DNA from: Oculina patagonica
Taxonomy: Eukaryota
Reading direction: 5' to 3'
NCBI RefSeq assembly: GCF_052425735.1
Contig: NC_135769.1
Coordinates: 17,360,001-17,424,000, forward strand
DNA: 64,000 bases
Shown: positions 34,401-44,904 of the stretch, in pieces
Position numbering within the stretch: position 1 is the first letter of the stretch
How the letters are laid out: the number at the start of each line of letters is the position of its first letter
The notes under the pieces: model-generated
Told to the model about the DNA's origin: nothing
The model's database searches: none
What the model saw: the letters and a program-made list of their open reading frames with translations, nothing else
Translations under genes and position numbers: made by a program

Positions 34401-37400
34401 TTTTATTATTGTATTATTATATTGTAAATAGTTTGTTTTAATTTTTATGTCATTTTAGCTACTCTTGTCATTGTATGTAAATTATAATCAGTATTATTAT
34501 CATATTTTTTCACATGCACATTTTAACGAGCCTCATTGCTTCTCTGTGTTATGTGGGTAAATAAACTATTGTACTATATTGTATTGTTATTCTAAAAGAC
34601 TTGGGGGAAATAAGAAGAAAATTACCAACATTGCATAATTTTTGGCAAAGAGACATCACAAGGGGGTGGAAACTGGGAGAGAAAGGTACAGGAAGAGTAT
34701 GTTTGAGTACCCCCCCCCCCCCCCAACATTCTCTTCCCCAGAGCCTCTTAGCTGGCAGAACCTGGGGCACAAGGAACAAGTGGCTCTGGGGACCCATGAT
34801 TTGATTGACTAGAACTTTAACAAAGGAAATTTAAATCTTGCAAATCAAATCAGCTGTTTTAAAATTCCTATGTTTTAAAATGGTTGATTTGATTGGTTAG
34901 ATTTAAATTCTCTTTTTAAAAAATCTAGCCAATCAAATCATGTGTCCCCACAGCCACTTGTTCCTCATGCCCAAGGCTCTGGGGACGAGAATGAGGGCCC
35001 CCCCCCCAGGAACTAGTACAAAAAGCCCAGAAAAAGCTTGTCAGGATACCATAAAGTTCCTACAGTAATGAGGTAACAACCCTACAAAAGTAGAGATAAA
35101 ATTTTGGGATTGTTAGCAAATCCCAAAAATACTGATCATGACCCTCTAAAAGTAACAATTAATGCTCCAAAAGAAGTGACCTGAAACATGACTTGTTATT
35201 AAAGCAAACAGTGGAAATAACAGATAACACAAGCTGTACCAAACTGATCATTATTATTAAATGAGCCTTTCCCCAAGGCAGTTTGTACTGATGTAATACA
35301 AATTCTTTTGAACAAGATTTCTCAAATTCATCTCTGCATGTATTCAAAACATTTTTGATTTTAATAACACGGCTCCGCCTACACATGGTACATGTTAAAT
35401 AAATGAAAGTAGCCCCCCCCCCCTTCTAACTTATGAAGGAAGAAGGGTCATTCCTTTTGGACCTTTACTGTAATTCACCCCAGTAAATTTCTTTCTTGTT
35501 ATTAATCATGATAATTTTTTGTCATATTTTCCTTTTGCTGTTTAGCTTCAGGAGTCAAGTGAGCTATTTTGGGCCTCTTCTTTTCCTACATGTTGCTGTT
35601 GTCACTGCCTTTGGACTGGATTTTAATACCTCTCCATTTGGCCTTTCAGCCGGCTCTGAGTCATACCTGGTTTGTACCAATTTTTGTCATTATTTTAAAA
35701 TAGCTTTGAAGTAAGAAGCTTATGGTATATTATTAAATTCTCAACCTCGGATATTGCATTTCTAGCTTTCTGATTGGTTCACTGAATCCCGGTTATCAGC
35801 TTGTATACCTATGTTTGACCTTATATGGGAAATGAGTGCAGCAAGTGCCGCTCAGGGTAAAATTTTTCTGCGGGAAGCAACAGTTTCATCAGAACTCAGA
35901 GACTCAAAGGACAGTGCAGAATGCAATGGAGTCGACGACTGAAAGTATTGTTTTATGTTCGTGTTTATTTGCCTTATTTTACTTGCAATTAGATGTTGAA
36001 ACACCACTTGTATTCCTTCCCGAGTTTTTGTTACGCTAATCTTTGCAAACGTAACACGATTCTTCTGTTCGTTTGTAACAAGATACATGTACTTTTGTTG
36101 TTTTCCTTGAAAATGCTGTAACGTGACCCTTTGTTTATTTGTCTCTTTTTTTGTTTCACGGCGACATCGATGGCATTTGTCTTTCTTTCAATAATAAAGC
36201 CAATTATTTAACTTTAATTAAATTAAGTTGCGGTTTAAACTGCACGAAAGACGTTTCTCAAAAAGTAAAGAGCAAATCTAGTCAAAAACATCTCTTTCGA
36301 AAGGTTTTTTTAAAACGCAATACAGGTAGGATGTTTGTTTCCTGGTTATCAGGAGTTTCACGCCGAAAATCCCAGTGCAAGTTTTTGCATTCCTATTTAC
36401 GAAAGCGCTGTAAAAGTCTAAAAATCTAATTTAATTAATTTGCGGTTTTCACTTGGCGCCACGAAGTCTGCAGGAATCCTACCACAAACACGCAATACAA
36501 GCGATGTTCATGAGAGTTCCAGCAAAAAACGTAGACTACACTGCGCATGCGTTTGGCGTAAAGTACGTTGCCCTAAAACGTCGAGTAGTACCACAAGGAG
36601 AGCAAAGAGTTTTCTGAAACAAATATGTACTTTTGAGAATCTTTATATGAAAGTAACGTAGATGTGCTCCAGGTTTTACCTAGGGGTACGGTCAGGTGCT
36701 CCCCACCCGCACCCCCTCCACAAGAAATAATTAATTAATTGATATTAATTAATTAATTGGTGATTAAAAGTTTACACCGCGTTAGCGGTCTAGTGGTTTA
36801 GGGGTTTAGCAAACGCCAACCCACCAAACTATCACAATAGTGCATTCTGCACTAAAAATGGTTGAAAACAGCAAATTTGGCGAGCTTTATGAACAAGAAA
36901 TAATCAGCGGTGCCTACAAAACCACAGAAATGCCATAGTAAAATTAACTACGCAAAACAAAAGGATTGATGCAAAAAGTTTAATTAATAATACTTGTAAA
37001 TGCAATACAAGAGCGAGTGAATAAAGTAGAAAAGCAGCAAATAATTTACGAAAGAACAGCAAACTGACACAGTTTCATTCATTGTATGTCATAAAATTAG
37101 GCTCAGCACTTCTGTAAAGTTAAATACCTTTTAATCTTGGTCTTGTTCTTTTATGCTTCAATAAACCTGTTCCACTTTGAGGTCAATTTCGCTTCAAATA
37201 ATATAGCAGTCTTGATGACAGCCGTGAAGCCGTAAATTACAAGTACAATGTAAACACTTGCTTTGTTCTACTTGCACAAGATGTGTAGTTTCCAGAAAAG
37301 CTTTTGCTTCGGACCATCCTGTAAATCTTAACTGATGTCACAATTTCCAGAATATATAGACGACTTTAGAGGAGATTATTGGATGAAAATCTTGGGAAGA

Positions 37401-40400
37401 AAACTCTCTCACTCGCTTTCCTCGTGTGTTTCATTCAACTGAAGAAAGTGAACACCACGCCACAAATTTTCCCGCCCCCTCATACTATCACTTCATTTAC
37501 ATCGAACTGAAATGTCCAGTCGATTTAAACTTAAAGAAGAGTTTAATAAAACAATTATTCTATTCGCCCTTGTTGGATACAAGTCATTATAGCCAACTTG
37601 GCGCTTTGCGCCTCATTGGCTATTTACCACGTCGTATCCAATGCGGGCTCATAGAATAATTGTTAATTATATTACTGTATACTGTCAATGGGGTCATAGC
37701 GTTATCCATCCTTTGAACAACTGGTCTCAGAATGCTGACTGTAAGGTGTACTGGAATAATAAATTTATTAAATAGACTAACAAATTATACTTGTTGACAT
37801 TGTTCTCATTTCTTGCATTTTTCTCACTCCTACAGTATTGGAAAAATCCTACAAAACTCGTAAAAGATGTCAGACCTTCCAACTCTCACAATTTGGTTGT
37901 GAGACTCACGGTTTCAGGACATCTCACGGTCTCACGATTGAACCTCAAAATCTCACGATTTTCCACAATGAATTACAATCTCAATCAGATATGACCTAAA
38001 ATCAACTCGAATTATAAAATAATAGTTGCAAATACAAATCAGCTTGATTAAGAAGGATTAAATATTTGTAATGTCTGCGTTTCTTCTCACTGGGGAATTT
38101 GAACTGAGCTATTTTAAAAAATTGCACTACGAGAGGTCGAAGACTCTCATCGGTGTTTCAAGTCCCAAAGGGGAAAATGGCACTATTAAATTACAGCAGT
38201 TTGAACACTGCTAGGTTTTGTTAGCATTGAGATTCCTTTGTTTTAAAACATTTTTGTGAACCTAACTATTTGGGACCTCAAGATTTGGGGGTTTTAAATG
38301 TTGGAAGGTCTGAGATGTTCTTGTATTATCTGTAAAATCATCCAGTAAGGACCACATTATGCAGTACTCCTGACCAATATAGCTAATTAAAGTTTTCTAA
38401 TGTCTTTGTTGCAGGTAGCCTTAGCATTGACACCTCCTATCGTGTTAATAGCATCTTGGGTGACCAATCAGCATTATTACTCAGACAAGATTATTATATT
38501 GGTGACCACATCAAGTTCACTTCTCATGGTTCTGTTCTGTACATTTGAAGATGAACATGCTCATTACAGAATGTCATTTAGTCGTGGTGCTTTTGGTATT
38601 ATAATGGGTGCTTCTTTGGCTTTCTTTATTGTTCATGCGAAACGATCTCTGCCAAAGGTATGTGTTATGCTTGCAGGTTATTTGTAAAATTTATTACTAA
38701 TAATTGAAAAGAAAAGGATGTAAAAGACACTATGCAGGTCTTGTGAATGCACTGTAAACCTTGATATAGAAAAAGGCATTCTTGTATTTTAATATGAAAT
38801 AGGAATTAGAACAGGCATTCTGTTTGGTATTCATTCTATTCATTCTGACAGCATTCTTCATTTTAGTGATAATAAAAATATTGTTGTTCCAATGTGAACA
38901 CTCAAGATAATACCAAAGTAACAGCTTACTTGCTTAAACTGAGACAATGAGCATCTGTGTGCCATTTAAATGTGACTCTACCCTGAAAGAAAGAGAGGAA
39001 AGGAAAGCCTCAAGCCAAGTGGCCCATACTGCTGGAGCTCATCCTGTTTTTGATAGCATTAAACAGCTAGGAGTATTTCTACTCCCCCCTGAATGGGATG
39101 CTAGTCCATCGCCCCCAGCATTATTTTGCACAACACAACACAGGGACCCTAGCCAAGGCTCGAACCCAGGCCGTTTGATCCTGAGTCCGGCGTGCTAACC
39201 ATTAGCCCACTGCGCCTCCCAAAGAAAGATCAAAGGCTCTTCGAGCAACCTCATGGTAATTCGATGAAGTGGCGTCCTTCGTTTTCTTTTCAAATAAGCG
39301 TTCAATAATGTAACAGTCTCACTTCATTTGCCTTTAAATGCTTTTTTTTCATGCGAGTTGCGTCAGTGGGTCACTGATGCTTTGTGCTCTCCGGCTTCGT
39401 AGCGCAAATTCTATATTTTCACTACCAAAATAAAGTGTAACCTTTGAATATGTTTTTTACTCTCTTGGATGCGCCGAATTGCGTTTTCAATTACTTTTCT
39501 GCCAGCACATATATAATATACGTACCGGAGAGCGACAAGCGTTATGATCCGTTATTATTTTTTGAGCAGCCGATGAAATTTGAGAAAAAGATGCGCGTGA
39601 GCACTTTGTATTTCTGCTCGCCTCTATTTTTGTACATACAAGATGACGTGACGCAAAACAGAAACGTGCTATGCAACTCGTGTTTTTCCAGTGAGCTGAA
39701 ACGTTTACTAAATCACGTCACATGGCAAGCGAGACCGCATGTATTTTGTACCTGCTATCAGTATTAAAATCACATTCTCACTTCATTTCCCTTTTTGAAT
39801 GTTTTCTTTTTTTTCATGGGAGTTGCGTGAATGGGTAATTGATAGTTTGTGCTCTGGGGCTTCGTAGAGCAATTTTTTTTACCACTGAAAATGGATGATG
39901 TGACACGAGATGACGTGACGCGAAACAAAAACGTGCCGCGATATGAACTGAAACATGGCAAGGGAAATTGCATGTATCTCGTACCTGCTATCAGTAAGTA
40001 ACAATCTCACTTCATTTGCCTCTTAGAATTTTTTTTTTTTTTTCTACATGGGAGTTGCGTGAATGGCTCATTGATTGCTCGTGCTCTCCGGCTTCTAGAG
40101 CGAATTTTTTTTTAACCACTAGAATAAAGTGTGATAACCTTTGATCCTCTTTCGCATTTAGGATAATTTCTTTTGCAAATACTGATCAACCTCGTTTCCT
40201 GGAAGAGAGAGATCTTGGGAATGAATTTTTTTTTCACTTTTTGAAAAAGATAGGTCGGTCGGGCGATGGGAAACGAAACATTTTATTGGGATGGCCTAAC
40301 ACTGATACTTTAAATCACTAACAGACCAAAATCTACTCCGCAAAGAGACGAACAGCAGCACTTCTCAGCAAGAAAAAAATATCCTTTGTCATGTGCGTGT

Positions 40401-42909
40401 ATAACAGCACTTCTCAGCACTTTCATACGAAAAACGTCCTTTGTCATGAGCTTTCTCACACATGTACAACAGCACTTCTCGGCATGCGCGTCAATACGAA
40501 AAGCATGAGCTTTGTCATGTGACATTTACCGAAAAGCTTTCGTGGTGTTTATATGTCCTGTATGTCTTGTATGTACAATAATACAATAGAAGGAGGAACG
40601 CTTGCCTTTTCTCCCAGATCATAAAGCGTTCATCGGTATACTGCATTCTTCCTGCACCTCATCAATTCTTAGTCGTCCAAATGAACTGATGTAACTGATC
40701 AAACAGCTCAACAACCTTTGCTTTGAAGCCCATTTCTTTCCACTTGAATATTTTTCTGCATATTTCCTCTTCATTTCTAAGGTCTACAAAGGTGTATTTT
40801 GATCGAGGGTGGAGCGAACGAAATACTACCTTTGATATTATCTCGGCCCGACACGCCATTTTGAATTATGTTGATCTCTGTCAAGCAAACATTTGGCCTC
40901 TATCCCACCCCCCAGATATATGAACAGAACACAAGGGCAGGGAGGCAGGGGAAAACCGAAAGGACCTTTCCATCAGCACGTTTATCGTTTAATGACAAAT
41001 TAATTGCGGTTTGATATCAGAATCGAGTGAGTGAGTGAGTGTTCGAGTGAGAAAATGAGGCCAATAACATAACCTCATTACCATTCGGTAAAAATGGCCG
41101 GTTGAATTGTGTAAAACTGATTATTAAAGTTTGCTGTCCTATTTTTATTACAGGCTTCATATGCAGAGCTACTCTATATGTTCAATTTTAGCTGCGTCAT
41201 GTCTCTCCCATTTGTTGCCTTACTGTTTGGTGAATTACCCTTAATTGAAGGTGAAATACAAAAACGAGGAGCATTAAAGCTTATCTTCAGCATATTCATT
41301 GTGGTGAGTTCTACTGTACAAATTAACTTTGTTGATAGCCATGCATAGTGAAGTCATAATAAATTAATGATACTCTATTTATCACTCCAAAACTTTTCAG
41401 TAATTAATGATAATATAAATGCATCATCAAAATTGAAGTGCTCAAAAATAATTTTTGTCAAGCAGCCTTCTCTTATGAGTGGTTTTAAAATAATATTATT
41501 GATTTCATTAATACACCAAGAGAGGCATCCTTGCTTTCTGGCAGCCCGTTCCACAGTCGTACTGTTCCAAATAAAAACGCTGAACGCTGAGTACACTTAT
41601 AGGGTGGGAATTGTAACATGTTCCTATGTCTTGTATTACACAACAACAGTCATGATCAGGAAGCAATGGTAGATGTTTTCATGCTTTTGTAGGATCGGAA
41701 GACGACCAGTCATTTAGACATCAGGTTGCAGATGTACAACTGCATCTGGGTTTAAGCCAGACAGAGCTCTTGCATTTTTTAGTATTTTTTTGTTACTCTT
41801 ATAGTGCCTCTCCTGACCCAGCTGCATTTATAAATCAAAATGGTAGTTTCTTTTGCAGCTGTTATTTGGGTCAACCCTTTTACTTAGTGGAGAGACCCCC
41901 CCCTCCCAAAAGGAGAAGCATGACAAACTGTTAGTGCTATCTGACCACCTGCTGGGAATTAACCTGTCAACTTTGCCAGTCGGGGAACAAGAGTCGTATT
42001 TGGTACTTGAGAGTAATGAGCTCAAATGTTGTCACGTAATGAATGGCATAAAGCAACCATTGTAATTGTAACATTTCTTTATTTTGGCTTCATTTAAGTA
42101 AAGTAATTAATAAATAAGTTAATTTAAGTAATGCATTGTAACTCGAGGAATTATATTAGTTAATTTCAATTTTCTATAGAGGGAGTGCACAGACATTTAG
42201 TTCTTTTCTCTTTCTTATTTGTTATTTGTTAATCGTATTTATGTAGTGCCTTTGTTGTAAATAAAGTATTCATTAAATGCAAAAAAAAATAAAATAAAAT
42301 AAAATAAAATAAAAATATAGCAACTTGAAAATGGCAGGTTCAGTCTGGTGACTGGAATAGGCCCTTTGCACAACCCGGTTAATTACATGGTACACAGTCA
42401 GCGATGTTGGGCCCCAAGTTACCCAGTGGGAAATCCAAAAAACGGAACGTGAAGCTTGTCTGGTGGGAGTGTTCAACTGCCTGTTTTGCAGCGCAGCATA
42501 GCTGATTTTGTACCATGTGACCAGGTCATGCAAAGGACCTATTTGTTAGCAACTGGTACTCTTTCTCCTGATTGATACATACCTGTTCCATTTTCAACAA
42601 ATGACTCACCACTTTGTGATTGACACACTTAATTACTGTTAGTACAGCTGGTTATTAATTTTTGTACTGTTATTTTAGGCCATTCTACGTTTGGCGAGCC
42701 AGGCAGCTTGCCTTTATCATCTGAAGTACTCAACTCCACTGCTAAATGCCACAGTGCGAGGGTTTTCCTGGATTTGGATCACAATTGCTATTACTTTTAT
42801 TACCCCTGGGATAACAGCTGAGCTTGTGGTGCCAGTGCTATCTTCATTTTGGATTTATGGCTTTGCATCATTTTTACCGGCACTGTTTTCTGATTTTCCC
42901 TGGAAATGA
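28492..42909 (+). CDS. Multi-pass membrane protein, diverged SLC35/TPT-family nucleotide-sugar transporter (SLC35C1 GDP-fucose transporter-like), 5 exons, 359 aa
   Basis: Exons 28492..28823, 35546..35669, 38415..38657, 41154..41303, 42679..42909 all have GT-AG sites with compatible phases (1080 nt, no internal stop); about 9-10 hydrophobic segments. Segments GAFGIIMGASLAFFIVHAKRSLP, LLYMFNFSCVMSLPFVALLFGEL and LKYSTPLLNATVR align by eye with SLC35C1 segments recalled from memory ([63 protein letters not shown]). Confidence 0.75.
29132..30490. mobile_element. 1.36-kb non-autonomous insertion with terminal hairpins and no TSD (Crypton- or Helitron-like)
   Basis: Empty site CATTCGATAC|AATTCGATAG in units 1 and 2 (~6255, ~15075); long palindrome at ~29168..29268; inverted repeat TTATACCATGCCATAGAAAATAC at ~30345 and 30468..30490. 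Confidence 0.75.
32628..33118. mobile_element. hAT-type MITE, parental copy
   Basis: Perfect TIR TAGGGCTGCAACGATACA; TSD CTTTAATC. Confidence 0.85.
33701..34095. mobile_element. CCCGGGGG-terminated MITE-like repeat; truncated copies at 9476..9699 and 18296..18522
   Basis: CCCCGGGGGG...CACTC left end and a degenerate ATAGGGAGTAC right end; the duplication breakpoint of units 1 and 2 falls inside it. Confidence 0.5.
35730..37668. mobile_element. ~1.9-kb non-autonomous repeat with terminal hairpin in transporter intron 2
   Basis: Imperfect palindrome AAACAATTATTCTAT...GCCAACTTGGCGCTTTGCGCCTCATTGGC...ATAGAATAATTGTTAA at ~37549..37666; the left boundary is approximate. Confidence 0.45.
39001..39220 (-). 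mobile_element. tRNA-derived SINE (internally deleted)
   Basis: Minus-strand head GGGAGGCGCAGTGGGCTAATGGTTAGCAC...GGGTTCGAGCC (A/B boxes); homologous to 53594..53905. Confidence 0.7.
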
Positions 42910-43880
42910 ACAGAAGAACAGTTTTCCTTGTTTTGTAAATATTTTTAAAGTGTTCCATAATAATTACGTCTGAAGGGGGGGAAAGTGGGTGGTGTAGCAA
43001 TTGTAGAGTAAAGGTACCGTAAAATTCCAAAAATAACCTCCACATATTTAAAGTTTGAGGTGAAAAGTGCCACATGCAAGCAGTGGCATAATTTTTGACT
43101 CGTATGTGCGGTATGCAACTGTTGATCGAATTTTATACAGGGAGGCTTTGCTCCAAGGTTCAAACCCTAACTAGGTAACTATTTCATATACCTGCCTTAG
43201 AAAATGATGTTGCATCCCTTTTCTATACCCTAGCTAATATGGAGCAACTTTCACTAAACTATTCATGTGAGTAACCCCAAAATATTTGGATGAAAACGCC
43301 TTTAGCAGGGCTGTAACTAGGAAGAGGTAAGACGAGGCGCTTGCCTTGGCTAGATTTTAACCCAAAATTAAAAACAAAATAAGTTTTGTTGGGAAAATGA
43401 TCCCAAGTTGAACAAGATTGTTTTTTTTTTCTCAAGCTCAAGAAATACTTTATGAAAAGTGTCAAAGAAAGAGTTCGAGAGCACTCTTTCAAAATTTTTC
43501 TGTAGGGCATGCCCCCAGAACTAACTAGTAAGATCTTGCCTCGCCTATGGCAAAGGTCTTGTTACAGCCCTGGTTAGGTGCCTCTGTTTGAGATGTTTTA
43601 AAAGATCTTTGATACCTCAATGACCGTTTCAAGTAGAGCCTCACCGTATAGTCCATTGTAGGGAGTACCACCAAAGGGTCAGGTTACTTACAGAAGATTC
43701 CACTTGCAGTCACTAAACTGTTCGAGTTAATAATCAAGGGTTAAATTAGTAAATTTAAGGCACAATATTAATTGACTAGCCACAAGTCCACTCTTGTGAG
43801 CGACGTAGTCCCAATAAACTAGCGACAACGCGAGAGAGGAACAAATAAAACAGAGTTTGAAAAATCTAAAATATAAACTA

Positions 43881-43881
<1 letters not shown>

Positions 43882-43934
<53 letters not shown>

Positions 43935-43999
43935 AATAATATTATTATTATTATTATTATCATTAAATAAAAATAATGATCTTTATTCAATTCTCATAA

Positions 44000-44050
<51 letters not shown>
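43882..44050. repeat. (TTA)n and (AAT)n microsatellites
   Basis: Two adjacent, oppositely oriented trinucleotide tracts; the second is the 3' tail of the neighbouring LINE fragment. Confidence 0.9.
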
Positions 44051-44051
<1 letters not shown>

Positions 44052-44440
44052 CATTTTTATAGCGCCTATCCAGGTCTGCTCTAGGCGCTTTACAAATCTA
44101 TAAAAATTCGTTAAAATTAGCTGAATAAATCTTAAAAATTAAAAATGTACATTAAAAGTAATAAAAAGTAAAAATCGCTAAGAGTAATAAGTTTTTTTAA
44201 AAAGATAAGTTTTGAGTTTTGATTTAAAAGAACTTAAATTGTCACATGAGCGGATAAAAAGAGGTAGACTGTTCCAGAGTTCAGGCGACGAAACAGCAAA
44301 AGCTCGAGACCCATACGACTTAAGGTGGAATTTGACAGGGTTAAGGCGTGAAGAGTGTGACGATCGGAGGGTTCTTGAAGGTTGGTAGTGCGTTAACAAA
44401 TCTTGAATGTAGATAGGAGATTGTTGATGGAGAGCTTTAT
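44000..44440 (-). mobile_element. 3' fragment of a CR1/L2-group LINE with (TTA)n tail
   Basis: ORF 44178..44399: YQPSRTLRSS...[18 protein letters not shown]...SFKSKLKTYLF, a typical L2/CR1 ORF2 C-terminus. Confidence 0.8.
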
Positions 44441-44904
44441 TGTTATTATTTTTATTTTTATGATTATTATGTAATACAATCCCAATTCATGTTCATAAAG
44501 AATTAAACTATGAAAGAGAAAAAGACAGCATGTGTGCTTTATTGAATCTCAGGGGTTGAATTGACTCGGGACACTCGAAAGTGAAAACGTCTTATAGTAT
44601 CGGACGTCACGTCAAATGACAAAAGTTGCAAATAAATCTGCGAGATTGAACAAAAAATATACTAAACGGCATGTACCCCTTGCCATCGCGCCGAAGGTTC
44701 GTTTTCGCAAAATTCGTAAACCTGGCAAATGCAAAATGAGTTTTAAGACGTTTTACAGTAACTGATTGAGGGAAGCCCCACGTGTGAGTGCGATGCTGAC
44801 TCGACCCGGTTGGCACTGGTTCCCAAGGCTCAAAAGGACAAAATACGTGTTACCCTAACCAACAAATGTTGGCTAACCGTAAGCAGGCTCGTCAACCCAA
44901 GGAT

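Noticed and set aside
43727-43990. Poly-Ile hydrophobic ORF
   Set aside because: Translation of a (TTA)n microsatellite.
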